A stretch of 64,000 bases of DNA from Candidatus Latescibacterota bacterium (GTDB lineage Bacteria > Latescibacterota > UBA2968). Under the pieces are notes generated by a model, which did not search any database, was not told the DNA's origin, and worked only from the letters and a program-made list of their open reading frames with translations. Every line of letters begins with the position of its first letter. Positions within the stretch are counted from its first letter, which is position 1. The stretch is taken from assembly GCA_965222605.1 (NCBI GenBank), contig OZ244960.1, positions 2,592,001-2,656,000 of the forward strand, written 5' to 3'. Below, one piece after another: positions 40,401 to 49,827 of this stretch. A program made the position numbers and the translations under genes.

Positions 40401-41330
40401 GAACGCATTGACCACCACCGGATCACCAGCTTCAGCGGCGACTTTCATCCCACCCGCTGTAAACACAGTAACCGAAGCACTAATGGTAAACGTCGATCCA
40501 TCGTAATCGGGACCTGTGGTAAACGTCACAGAACCATAACTGCCGCCTTCCAGCATCGTGGGCGCACCAATAAGCGTGACGGTCATACCATCTCCGCCCG
40601 GAGCCTCTATCAAACCGCCAGCAGGCGCCCCATCAGTGATCCCCGCCACAGCGGGATCAACTGTAAAGGTAATCTCGGCACCAACCGTCATACCCGTCAA
40701 CCCATCAACAGCCACATCGACAACAATCTCAGCACCTGCGCCAACCTGGTTGACCGAGGATTCGCCGCCACTCGTCAGAGAAACGGACAAATCATCCATC
40801 GGCATCGGCATCCCAGTGTCGCCGTTGTCACCATTGCCATCACCATTGCCATCACCATTGCCATTGCCATCACCCGGCGGCGTCCCACCAGCATTAAACA
40901 TAAGTGCTGCGGGAAGTGGAACAGGAAGAGCAACATTATTGAGTTTAATTGACTTAATACCAATGGAAAATTCCACACCCGTTACATCTGAAGCTGTGGT
41001 AAAGGTAAAACTGGCACTTGCGGGCACCGGCATCGGTCCCGAAAGAGAAGCAAAGGCAGCCTTACTACCAACAACAGGAAGGGAAATAAAGTCGCCAGCA
41101 GTATAGGAACTCAGAGTTACAGACGCATCAATATCAAACTCAATCTCTATGGCATTCACGGATTGGTCAACACCCATTTGGGAAACATCAACCGCAATCT
41201 CCGTGCCCGCTCCAGTAACCGTGGCAGAGCCACCCTCACCAAGAGAGAGCGACACCTGCGCAGAAGCCTGCCCTGCAAACATCAGCAATGCCAAAGCAGT
41301 CGTAAACAAAAGACTTTTTTTCAAAAACAT
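37404..41330 (-). CDS. Large secreted acidic protein: cohesin-like/Ig-like repeats, dockerin-like EF-hand, cohesin-like domain, FlgD-Ig C-terminus
   Basis: Signal peptide; DLNDDKMVNFDDF; VDVSLANVQALMGYGFVLHFDAEKFEFV; QNFPNPFNPDTTIGY...KLMLLK. Confidence 0.85.
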   Translation of the reverse strand: MFLKKSLLFTTALALLMFAGQASAQVSLSLGEGGSATVTGAGTEIAVDVSQMGVDQSVNAIEIEFDIDASVTLSSYTAGDFISLPVVGSKAAFASLSGPMPVPASASFTFTTASDVTGVEFSIGIKSIKLNNVALPVPLPAALMFNAGGTPPGDGNGNGDGNGDGNGDNGDTGMPMPMDDLSVSLTSGGESSVNQVGAGAEIVVDVAVDGLTGMTVGAEITFTVDPAVAGITDGAPAGGLIEAPGGDGMTVTLIGAPTMLEGGSYGSVTFTTGPDYDGSTFTISASVTVFTAGGMKVAAEAGDPVVVNAFSPSLEADATAVEVPFGETAMATVTAIDTEGEAVEFTVDPADAGTVSDDGNSVTVSATGNATVTVSATAGGVDLDPVTIVFTKAPPVLMTESTEVMFEDFGASASASVTAAGFDEGAEIRFTYTASTDFQAVEDGSSLMITTGAPGTVTVTATDGTASVSLTITFSNPDPYLTASETDVIIPEGGDYSVTISATGLEGVISYMISRTSGTATVNADTDGGMVTLTASGEGSAMVSVTGTGADGTSTEMVSILFRAMPSVASDATETVMVPQATVPSAMAMVVATGFPEGAEITFNVDPSDSPYLTTSADGNVLTLTSTGTVTVSVTASGAGITTSAVEVTFEQELPAAPASVVVQDQEGDNGHYVMVSFANSSNHADVSQYRVYREMMVNTAMDADGNVVVGEPVAKWVPWAVVDAMDNDDEEGMTRAVVPVTDDTATRWGVAAEKGMDSAEITPAGKRVFSKESVQLMAQLLGVDPNRIVTEDELAKMFMPSADYINSIIGGRKNVVFAALDPDLSVLVGGDVAVPQNIRTDGSGPIVSSPITPTGDMVGAVDDTAPAAATDLAADVETGMVTWTASADDGGLDMVMYRGYAIVIPHVLGYRIMGGASEDAMIDIGVVPAGSTSFQVPQALIESLINQGVPAVLLTVVAMDGTNMTPSVPLVVELIPTRKAFVDADGGSVYVVKLDRHGAMTPLTVDFEDFVAFTMAFNTDETHENWRVFVQADLNDDKMVNFDDFILFFSSYGKEAQGPAGKSLVTPILGVNENAEFSLRLGSDRVVAGEMMFVDVSLANVQALMGYGFVLHFDAEKFEFVEAVPAAEDLLKSAGGETPLFRSLSDEAGQVNVMNAIVNGSEVSGDGDIVRLIFRVLSDFEDNARFEIADGLVFDPSQFANPLAGGVLDIQTTPTEFALLQNFPNPFNPDTTIGYELAESADVTLQIYNVVGQVVRTLMAAESQSVGRYQVRWDGMDDRGMPVSSGIYFYQISAGKFQDVRKLMLLK
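40823..40874. repeat. Short tandem repeat encoding a GDGN linker
   Basis: (CCATTGCCATCA)n. Confidence 0.8.
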
Positions 41331-41400
41331 TACAAACTCCTCTAATTGAAAAATGGAATCGGGAAGCCTCAACAGGGAAACTTCCCGACCCATCGGCGAA

Positions 41401-44400
41401 TTACTTGAGCAGCATCAGCTTCCGCACATCCTGGAACTTCCCTGCCGAAATCTGGTAGAAGTAAACTCCACTCGAAACCGACACACCGCGATCATCCATT
41501 CCGTTCCAGCGAATCTGATAGCGACCCGCATTCTGCGCCTCAGACCCGACCAGCGTCCGAACCACCTGACCCAACACATTGTAAATCTGCAGTGTCACGT
41601 CGGCGGACTCGGCCAAATCGTACTTAATGGTCGTATCCGGGTTAAATGGATTGGGGAAGTTCTGGCGCAAAGCGAACTCTCTGGGCGTGCTCTGGAGTTC
41701 CAACACACCCGCGACCACCGCCGGATTCTGAAGCTGACTCGGGTCAAAGACCAGACCGTCGGCAATTTCAAACCTGGCGTTATCCTCAAACTCGTACAAC
41801 ACGCGGAAGACAAACCGGACAATGTCGCCACCACCGGAAACCGCCGTGCCATTAACGATGCCATTGGCAACCGTAACCTGACCATCGGCAACAATGTGAT
41901 GGAACAGAGGCGTCTCTCCACCTGTTGACTTGAGCAAATCTTCATCGGAAGGAGCAACACTGATGAACTCGAACTTATCGGCATCGTAATTGAGCGCGAA
42001 CCCATAACCGATCAGAGCTTCGACATTGGCAAGCGAGACATCAACAGCCACCAACTCGCCAGCAATCACGCGATCACTACCCAGACTCAGCAAGAATTCA
42101 GCATTCTCATTTATGCCAGGCAGCAAAACGAGAGGCTTGCCAGAAACAGCAGCCGTCTTGCCATACGAGGTGATAAACGCGAGGAAGTCATTAATGTCAA
42201 CCATGCCATCATCGTTGACATCAGCCTGGATATTGTAATTCTCATCACCCGCGCTGCTACCATACGCAGCAACAAGGGCAAGGAAGTCATCCACGCCAAC
42301 TGTCATATCCGTGTCAGAGATGAGATAAACGGCATCGCCGTCAGCATCGACATAAGCCTTACGTCCTTCTTCAGCAGGTTCCTCGACAAAGACAATTTCC
42401 AGATCGCCTGTCGAATTCCCACCACTCGCCGCCGACACCGTTACAGTGCCTTCCGCAGCCATGGTCACAGACAATTTGGCATTGCCGTCTTCATCTGCCG
42501 CTATGGGATCCATATCCACGCCATTCTTGGTAAAGGTAACCATATCGCCAGCATTAAGACCCTCGACCAGGAACGCTACCATGACCTCACCATCAGCGGG
42601 AATCGGGACAGCTTCTTCTCTATCCGTCCAATCTTCACCATTTGGACCCCAGATCGTAAACACAAGATCCAGAGGCTGACTGACGGGAATTGTTATCTCA
42701 TCCGAGAGATTTCGACTGCGCGTATCCGCCGGATCGGTGTTGAGAAATCCATTATCGACCCTGACGCGAACCAGCGCTTCTCCACCATCTCTTTCAAGTG
42801 CGGTGACAGAGAACGTCTGACCACCAGCCACAATCGACCAGTCATCGGGCAGATAGTTGATCAAAGCACTGGAGAGTCTAACATCAAGAGTACTGTACTC
42901 CCGCGCAGTGTTCTTCTCTGCATTCCCCAGGAACTTCTTATTCACCCGGAAATCCAGGATATTCAGGGAGTCAGCACCAGCAGTTTTGGGATCTTGACCA
43001 GAGAACGTCTTCAAAGAGGGGTTGTCAAAATCGTCAACCGGCACCACCTCAAGATCGAAATCACCCCAAACTGCAGACACCTCCTCGCCATCCACCATGG
43101 GAGTTATCCTAAACTCCCGGAAGTCGGCGGCATCAACGGTAATCCCTTCTTTGGTGTTCATAAAGTTCACAACACCTTCTGCGGTCATATCTTTCACAGC
43201 AATAGTGACGTCATTCATCTCCTTTTCTATATTCACGAAAACGGTGCGCTCGCCAATCGTCCAACCATCGCTATTCAACGTGGCAAAACCGCCGCCTTCA
43301 TCGGGCGTCACACCGCCGCCCCAGAATGTCGCCGAAGGTATCATTTCGCCCTCAGAATCCATTGCAACGACCTTCACACCATCATTGGCGTAGGTAATAG
43401 CCGTGATCTTGTCATTCGCTTCGTCAACCGCGACAAGCGTCAACCGCAACGGCTGACCAGCTACCACAGAGTCCATCTGGCCATTGGCAAGTTTTCCGTC
43501 TGCATAACCATAAGCCGCATCAGTCTGGACACCCTTGGCCAGCGTATTATCACGGACGTGGGTATAAATCTTGAACGCACCAGCTTGCGGATTCATGAGA
43601 CCGCTCTCATACGTCAGACCTTCTTGCAGATTACTGAGGTCAACATGCCCTGCAAGGTCTCTAACATAGACTTGCAGATCATAAGTCTCACCCTCCCGAA
43701 GCGCGTCTTCACCCAGGAATTTGATCGTGATATTCTCGTTCTTTAGGTTTGACGTCGCATCAGTACCCCCTAATCCTACTTCAAGAATACCATCAGGACC
43801 ATCGTAGCGAACGAGAATCGAATCCACTAATTCGTTCACGCGGAACCGCGGATTCTGAGTCCCTTCGGGACCGCCGACCTTGTTATTCTCCAGGGCGTCG
43901 GTTCTCGGGAAAAATTTATTCTCATTAATTACGGGAGGCTTGGAATCGAAATACGGTTGCCCACCATCAGGCGTGGCCGACCCCTTGTTACCTGCCATGT
44001 CAAACATAACAACAGTAAGATCCGCGTTTGCACCAGGCTCATCCGGATCAAGATGGGGATTCTTATTCTTACCTTCATTGGCGGCGATATCATGGGGAAT
44101 CTTATCAGGATTTTTCAGGGTAAGACCGGTTATATCATAACCGTTAACCCTGTCCTCATCCTCAAAATCTATCGCATCGCCTGAAAATCTCGAAACCTCG
44201 AGCGTGTCCGGACCTGTGCCACCCGTTTTACCGGCCACACCAATGATAATCCATCCCTCGGACACTTCTTCATGGACTTCGAAATTCAAAGGCTTGAGAT
44301 TCTGAAACTCTTCGCCCCCTCCGAGAAATGTATATCCTGCAGTCCTTGGCAATGCCGTGAAGACTACACTATCGGCAACACTCGGTTTGGGATACAGAAC

Positions 44401-46083
44401 CGTGACTACTGGACGCTTACAATCCAGCAGGAACCGCCCAGATAAACCATCACCATCTACCTCAGCCTGAACAACTTCAGGATCGGCGTTAAGAGCAGCC
44501 TCAGCATCAGCATATTGGGGTCTAGAGTTACCGGCTTTATCTACCACATTTGCCCTAACTCTTACAGACACACCATCAACTGGAACCGTGTCTTTATTTC
44601 TAAACGCGTCATCGTCTGTCGGATCGGATGCGGTATATTTGCGCATAAGCTCATTTTCAGCCACCTGCACCGAGTCCCTCAGTGAATTTCCAAGCTTAAA
44701 TATCTCCGTGGCAGTTACTTCATTCTTATATCCGACCAAAGCTCCGTTTGCCTTGATGACTGTTATGGCATCTCCATCACTATCTGTCCCTTTTGTCAAC
44801 GCTTCCGGCGTCATAATATCAAGCACCACCTTGGCCTCTCTGAAGGCACCGCTAATGGACGCATTGGTCACAATCATCTTACCAATGCCAGCATACCCAT
44901 CTGCGGCAGCAGCCGTCTTGGTTTTGCCCTTGTTACCAATCTCAACACTCAAATCCTGAATGACGCTGGTGAGAGGGATATCGCGGTCAATTTGTATAGA
45001 CTTCCCATCACCGACCACCTCTGAAAAGGCTGAAGGACTCTGAGGGAAAATCGATGTTTTCGTGTCCCTGCTTTCGATAGTTACCGTTACATCCTCACCT
45101 AATCCATCAACACCACCAGACACAAATTCAGCAACAGCATACACATTCGTTACATCTGGCGGGCCGAGGACGTCCTCATTTGGATCCTCTATATTAAACC
45201 GGAACTCCATCGTATCATCTCTACCAGCCCGTGTTCTCCGTTTATAGGCAGGGATGTTAGTGGTGATACGCGGGTCTGCGGTTACATCCTTTGAATCACC
45301 TACAGCACCTACATCACCGACGGCATCAGTGGACGTCAAAGAGTCCGTTCTCACCCGTGAAAAACCCAAATTACTAAGTTCACGGTTATCGTCCTCAACT
45401 GAAAACGCATAAAGTTCCACATCATTAGTCGTGGCACCATCACCATCACCATCATCCTGAGGATCATCGAACAATGAAACCTTGATTGAGTTATAGTTAC
45501 CCCATTGGCTGGATGGACCATCCTTGCGAAGTACCTGAACCTTAACACTGTTTTTATCGGCCTTCGCCCAATCGTCCGGACCATCACCAGGCGATGCGAT
45601 GATAACACGGAACCCTGCAGCATCCACAGCGTTCTTGAGCAGATTTGCTGAATAATCGTTTATGGTAATCGTTCCCTCACCATCTTCAGTCAAATCGCTC
45701 GATCTAGCGGTTACGGTAAACGTTTCGTCGTCAGCATCAGCATCATCAGCCGGATCAACAGTAATTTCAACATCTACTGCTGTGCCCGTTTTTTTATCAG
45801 CTGCAACAGTCACAGTCTCGGTGCCGGTACTAGAGGTGAACTCGCCAGCAGCTGTTTCAAGCGACACCACCACACTATAGGTTTCCTCGGCAGAAGGAGC
45901 CTCATCTAAGATTACGTTCACTTTTACCGTCACAGTCGTACTTTCATCCGTATCCTTTAGAGTGCTCGGACTAATCGAGACAATAGATACTTTCCCTGCA
46001 TCCTGCGCAAAACTGTCTGGCACTCCAAAGCCCACCATGAGCAACAGAGCCGCCAAATAGCCAATTGTCTTGTGAAAATTCAT
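41401..46083 (-). CDS. Very large secreted acidic surface protein (S-layer/scaffold candidate) with dockerin-like, cohesin-like and FlgD-Ig C-terminal modules
   Basis: 1560 aa, signal peptide; DVNDDGMVDINDF; C-terminal ~240 aa highly similar to the 37404 protein; RBS AGGAGG. Confidence 0.85.
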   Translation of the reverse strand: MNFHKTIGYLAALLLMVGFGVPDSFAQDAGKVSIVSISPSTLKDTDESTTVTVKVNVILDEAPSAEETYSVVVSLETAAGEFTSSTGTETVTVAADKKTGTAVDVEITVDPADDADADDETFTVTARSSDLTEDGEGTITINDYSANLLKNAVDAAGFRVIIASPGDGPDDWAKADKNSVKVQVLRKDGPSSQWGNYNSIKVSLFDDPQDDGDGDGATTNDVELYAFSVEDDNRELSNLGFSRVRTDSLTSTDAVGDVGAVGDSKDVTADPRITTNIPAYKRRTRAGRDDTMEFRFNIEDPNEDVLGPPDVTNVYAVAEFVSGGVDGLGEDVTVTIESRDTKTSIFPQSPSAFSEVVGDGKSIQIDRDIPLTSVIQDLSVEIGNKGKTKTAAAADGYAGIGKMIVTNASISGAFREAKVVLDIMTPEALTKGTDSDGDAITVIKANGALVGYKNEVTATEIFKLGNSLRDSVQVAENELMRKYTASDPTDDDAFRNKDTVPVDGVSVRVRANVVDKAGNSRPQYADAEAALNADPEVVQAEVDGDGLSGRFLLDCKRPVVTVLYPKPSVADSVVFTALPRTAGYTFLGGGEEFQNLKPLNFEVHEEVSEGWIIIGVAGKTGGTGPDTLEVSRFSGDAIDFEDEDRVNGYDITGLTLKNPDKIPHDIAANEGKNKNPHLDPDEPGANADLTVVMFDMAGNKGSATPDGGQPYFDSKPPVINENKFFPRTDALENNKVGGPEGTQNPRFRVNELVDSILVRYDGPDGILEVGLGGTDATSNLKNENITIKFLGEDALREGETYDLQVYVRDLAGHVDLSNLQEGLTYESGLMNPQAGAFKIYTHVRDNTLAKGVQTDAAYGYADGKLANGQMDSVVAGQPLRLTLVAVDEANDKITAITYANDGVKVVAMDSEGEMIPSATFWGGGVTPDEGGGFATLNSDGWTIGERTVFVNIEKEMNDVTIAVKDMTAEGVVNFMNTKEGITVDAADFREFRITPMVDGEEVSAVWGDFDLEVVPVDDFDNPSLKTFSGQDPKTAGADSLNILDFRVNKKFLGNAEKNTAREYSTLDVRLSSALINYLPDDWSIVAGGQTFSVTALERDGGEALVRVRVDNGFLNTDPADTRSRNLSDEITIPVSQPLDLVFTIWGPNGEDWTDREEAVPIPADGEVMVAFLVEGLNAGDMVTFTKNGVDMDPIAADEDGNAKLSVTMAAEGTVTVSAASGGNSTGDLEIVFVEEPAEEGRKAYVDADGDAVYLISDTDMTVGVDDFLALVAAYGSSAGDENYNIQADVNDDGMVDINDFLAFITSYGKTAAVSGKPLVLLPGINENAEFLLSLGSDRVIAGELVAVDVSLANVEALIGYGFALNYDADKFEFISVAPSDEDLLKSTGGETPLFHHIVADGQVTVANGIVNGTAVSGGGDIVRFVFRVLYEFEDNARFEIADGLVFDPSQLQNPAVVAGVLELQSTPREFALRQNFPNPFNPDTTIKYDLAESADVTLQIYNVLGQVVRTLVGSEAQNAGRYQIRWNGMDDRGVSVSSGVYFYQISAGKFQDVRKLMLLK

Positions 46084-46532
46084 CCTATCGACCTCCTAAA
46101 AAAATGTTAGGATCGAGTAAGTATTTGTTTGCGAACGAATTAAACTTACTGCGAAACTGCTGAACTGGTCTCAGACCAGTTCCTACTTTCTCGCGCTGTC
46201 CCTCGTGTTGTTTAAGACCGGACCCCAGAACAGGGTGAGAGCCGCGACCTTTGCGACACAGCGAAGAAGAACTACCGTATTCCAAATTTATATCCCTCCC
46301 TTCAACAGATTTGTTTTCATTTTCTCTATTCCTCACAGAAACAACAGGTTACGAACAACTATAAATTAACCATTTTATTCTAGTACCTCCTTCCAAAAAC
46401 AGCCTAACACACACCAATGCAACATCCTTACAATAGCCTTAAGGAGTAATGCGTTAGGAAGAATCAACACTCCTTCTGTTTTATTTGATGTTCGATTCAT
46501 GAAAACTGCTCCACATTATATATGACGGGCTA

Positions 46533-46561
46533 ATTATATGCAATCAAAAACACAGTGTCAA
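46533..46561 (-). promoter_or_regulatory. Consensus sigma70 promoter of the surface-protein operon
   Basis: Exact TTGACA-17-TATAAT with an A-rich upstream tract. Confidence 0.85.
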
Positions 46562-46589
46562 GCGTTTTTTCATTTGTTTTTAAACCCTG

Positions 46590-46680
46590 TCTGAATCAGG
46601 ATTTACAGGATGATAGGATGGACAGGATAAAAACAAAGGCAAAACCTGCTGGATCGCGGCTTAAACTATGCCGCGAGGAC
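46590..46680. repeat. 9-mer-periodic repeat family F + family D
   Basis: TCTGAATCAGGATTTACAGGATGA.AGGATGGACAGGATAAAA also at ~55107-55149 and degenerate at ~47938-47978. Confidence 0.8.
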
Positions 46681-46908
46681 AACCAAAAGAAGACAGCGAA
46701 TAATTCATAGATGAAGTGGATGAACGCGGCACAGGCGGGGCCTACACAGAATATAACACCTATGTCGTAGCACATCAAGCCATTCTTACATATATCAGCA
46801 ATGACAGGCAAAAATATTCTGGATCGCACGGGACGGCACGGGGACCGTCCCCTACAACATCACAACGCAATGACAAACGGGATGGCACGGGGAACCGTTC
46901 CCTGCGAT

Positions 46909-47181
46909 TTAACGGCTGGAGGGTGCCCGGCCAGATATGGCTTCACGCAATCCCTCAAGCAATCCTTCCAATTTCGCCTGTTGACGCTCCATCGTGCCCA
47001 TCCGCGCTTCCAACCTTTCAAATCGCGCATCCATTTGATCAAGCCGTGTATCCATTTTATCCAAACGCTCATTCACTTGCACTTTGAAATCTCTCAACTC
47101 CTCACAGATATTCTTCTGACCGTTCAAGATCAGACCCGCAAGACCAACGCCAACGGCTATAATTGTTATCATTTCTGTCAT
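46909..47181 (-). CDS. Small membrane-anchored coiled-coil protein
   Basis: N-terminal TM helix; heptads RLDKMDT RLDQMDA RFERLEA; KLEGLLEGLREAI. Confidence 0.7.
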   Translation of the reverse strand: MTEMITIIAVGVGLAGLILNGQKNICEELRDFKVQVNERLDKMDTRLDQMDARFERLEARMGTMERQQAKLEGLLEGLREAISGRAPSSR

Positions 47182-47208
47182 GACTATCTCATTATTATTA
47201 TAACGCGT

Positions 47209-47829
47209 TTATTTTTCGATACTGTGTTCAAGTCTGCCAATCTCGTCGCGCAGTCGGGCAGCTTCTTCGTACTCTTCAAGCGCGACCGCCTCTTGCAAAC
47301 GCATCTTGAGTGCGACCACCTGCTGTGCCACCTGATCGAGCACCTCTTCGGCGGCATCATCCTCTGCGATAGCCGCTACCATCTCGGCAATATCCTGAGA
47401 CCCCTCACCAGGCACTTGAGCATCTTCCCTCTTGACCGACAGCCCCGCCGCCTCAACCACCTGGTCCGCCACAAAAACCGGCGCACCAACGCGCAAAGCC
47501 AATGCCAGCGCATCGCTCGGGCGCGAATCAATACAAATCGCCTCCCCATCGCGGATGAGCGTTATCTCGGCAAAAAACGTCTCGTCCTTCAACGCAGTGA
47601 CCTGCACCTGCTCAACGTGTACATCGAACCCCTCTAAAATAGTGCGCAACAAATCATACGCAATCGGACGCGGCGGCGGCTCATCGTGAAGCGCCATAAA
47701 AATCGCTACCGCCTCAAAATTGCCAATCGCAATAGGCAAAAAGACCTTTTGATCCTTATCCTTTAACCAGACCAGCGGATGATTGCTATTTGGCTCAAGC
47801 TGCACGGCAACCACTTCCATTTCTGTCAT
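47209..47829 (-). CDS. Bifunctional nuclease (DUF151) with UVR domain
   Basis: LPIAIGNFEA, PPRP, DSRPSDALALALR; EEYEEAARLRDEI. Confidence 0.92.
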   Translation of the reverse strand: MTEMEVVAVQLEPNSNHPLVWLKDKDQKVFLPIAIGNFEAVAIFMALHDEPPPRPIAYDLLRTILEGFDVHVEQVQVTALKDETFFAEITLIRDGEAICIDSRPSDALALALRVGAPVFVADQVVEAAGLSVKREDAQVPGEGSQDIAEMVAAIAEDDAAEEVLDQVAQQVVALKMRLQEAVALEEYEEAARLRDEIGRLEHSIEK

Positions 47830-48086
47830 GTTTAAGAAACCCTTCTGATAAAACAGCAAAGCATCCACAGATGAACACAGATGAACACAGATGAAACACA
47901 AAAACAATATAGAAGGATATAGAGGCAAAAAGCAAGCGGAATCAGGATGTGCAAGATGAGAGGATGAGCAGGATAAAAGCAAAAGCAAAGGCAAAACCTT
48001 CTGGATAAAAGCAAAAGCAAAGGCAAAACCTTCTGGATCGCGGCAGGGATGCCGCTCCTACGGGCCAACCAGCCCCCAGCCCCCTC

Positions 48087-48115
48087 TTGACAGCCCGCGC
48101 GTCGCATCGTATCAT
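48087..48115 (+). promoter_or_regulatory. Sigma70 promoter upstream of the FGE gene
   Basis: TTGACA-17-TATCAT. Confidence 0.7.
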
Positions 48116-48160
48116 CTTATAACCGTATTCACGCAACCCAATATCCTCAGGAGAATCGCT

Positions 48161-49108
48161 ATGTCCTCCCCCTGCTGCGGTGCGAGCAGACCTGTATCAT
48201 CTAAAAAAAGAAAAACGCGCAAACAAAAAACAAAGCGCAGAAGCGACACATCACTCAAAGGCATGGTCCGCGTATCGGGCGGCACCTTTCTCATGGGAAC
48301 AGACGGCGACGAAGGCTTTGCAGAAGACGGCGAAGGACCCGTGAGAGAAGTTACAGTCGATCCCTTTTACCTCGACACCTGCGCCGTCACCAACGCCGAC
48401 TTTGCCAAATTCGTCCGCGCAACCGCGTACAAAACCGAAGCCGAAAGCTTTGGCTGGTCCTTTGTCTTCCACCTCTTTGTACCCCCCAACACCGCCTCGC
48501 ACATCTCTCGAACCGTCGTAGATACCCCCTGGTGGTGGGCTGTTGACGGCGCGTGCTGGCACCGCCCCGAAGGACCCCGAACAAATATAAACAACCGCTG
48601 GAACCACCCCGCAATCCACATCTCGTGGAACGACGCCATCGCCTATTGCAACTGGGCCGGAAAACGCCTGCCCACAGAAGCCGAATGGGAATTTGCCGCA
48701 CGGGGCGGCTTAAAAAGCATGCACTACCCCTGGGGAGACGACCTCGAACCCCGTGGCAAACACATGTGCAACATCTGGCAGGGCACATTCCCCGAAAAAA
48801 ACAGCAAAGCAGATGGGCACATCGGCACCGCACCCGTCACCTCATTCCCCCCCAACAACTATGGCATCTACAACATCTCTGGCAACGTCTGGGAATGGTG
48901 CAGCGACTGGTTCAGCCCCACCTTTCACCTCAAAAGCGCCGCCGTAAACCCCACAGGACCCCACATCGGACAGGCGAAAAGCATGCGCGGCGGCTCCTAC
49001 CTGTGCCACGACTCCTACTGCAACCGATACCGCGTTGCCGCCCGCAGCGCAAACACCCCGGACAGCTCCACGGGGAACCTGGGCTTTCGGTGTGCGCGGA
49101 ATGCGTAA
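48161..49108 (+). CDS. Formylglycine-generating enzyme (SUMF1/FGE, sulfatase maturase)
   Basis: RLPTEAEWE, GNVWEW, RGGSYLCHDSYCNRYR with both catalytic Cys. Confidence 0.95.
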   Translation: MSSPCCGASRPVSSKKRKTRKQKTKRRSDTSLKGMVRVSGGTFLMGTDGDEGFAEDGEGPVREVTVDPFYLDTCAVTNADFAKFVRATAYKTEAESFGWSFVFHLFVPPNTASHISRTVVDTPWWWAVDGACWHRPEGPRTNINNRWNHPAIHISWNDAIAYCNWAGKRLPTEAEWEFAARGGLKSMHYPWGDDLEPRGKHMCNIWQGTFPEKNSKADGHIGTAPVTSFPPNNYGIYNISGNVWEWCSDWFSPTFHLKSAAVNPTGPHIGQAKSMRGGSYLCHDSYCNRYRVAARSANTPDSSTGNLGFRCARNA

Positions 49109-49112
49109 AAGC

Positions 49113-49153
49113 AAAAAAAAAGCGGAAGACGCAAAAACGTCTTCCGCTTTTTT
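49113..49153. terminator. Bidirectional terminator
   Basis: A-tract GCGGAAGACG-loop-CGTCTTCCGC T-tract between convergent genes. Confidence 0.85.
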
Positions 49154-49215
49154 GAAATAGACACCTGAACACCGCCCCTACACCCACCGTTATTCAAACC
49201 CGTATGTGCCTTTCA

Positions 49216-49797
49216 TCAGAACATCGACAAAACAAGCCCGATATTCACAGTCGCGTATTTCCGGGTCGCTGAATCGCCCAAACAATCCTTATCAAACACG
49301 GAATTCAACTTAACACCCGCATGGAAACCGTACCTGGGAGACTCCAGAGGCTGGTATCGAAGACCAGCACCCAGATATACAAAATTCCTGGCACCATCAA
49401 TAGAGAACCCCGCGCCCTGCCTGCCCACCCCAACAGAAACATATTGCGCCACGGGACACGCCGCATTGAAAAATTGTGCAGCGCATACAGAAGCAGACCA
49501 CGTCGTCGTCTCCAGTGCAGGCGCCATCCCAATATCCACACCAATATTCGTTGTATTATTCAACCAATACGCAGCTTGAATACCCCCATTCCATTTCGAC
49601 AGATCCCCCAGATAGGTCCCCGTCCCCGTATAATCAAAAACGACCGGACGCACAAAACCCGTATAAGGCATAATATCAACCACGGCTGCCCTATCGAACC
49701 GGATATCTCTGGCTGAAGAAACAGAAACATCGGCCATCACACTCGCAACAACAAATAACAGCAAAAAAATTGCTCTGAACCCCTGTTTTGCAGACAT
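49216..49797 (-). CDS. Probable outer-membrane beta-barrel protein
   Basis: Signal peptide; alternating beta strands (YLGAGLRY); terminal Phe; RBS AAGGAG. Confidence 0.65.
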   Translation of the reverse strand: MSAKQGFRAIFLLLFVVASVMADVSVSSARDIRFDRAAVVDIMPYTGFVRPVVFDYTGTGTYLGDLSKWNGGIQAAYWLNNTTNIGVDIGMAPALETTTWSASVCAAQFFNAACPVAQYVSVGVGRQGAGFSIDGARNFVYLGAGLRYQPLESPRYGFHAGVKLNSVFDKDCLGDSATRKYATVNIGLVLSMF

Positions 49798-49827
49798 GGT
49801 CTTTCTCCTTATAAATATATGACCCCT

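Noticed and set aside
37404-41700. DGR template/variable repeat pair
   Set aside because: Both copies are coding tails, differences look mostly synonymous rather than adenine-specific, and no reverse transcriptase is present in the window.
46190-46265. c-di-GMP-I riboswitch (GCAAAG-like word)
   Set aside because: No GNRA-capped P2 stem in the expected place; kept only as an unassigned structured leader.
46085-46336. 83-aa ORF upstream of the surface-protein gene
   Set aside because: No recognisable domain or good RBS, and it overlaps the leader hairpins.
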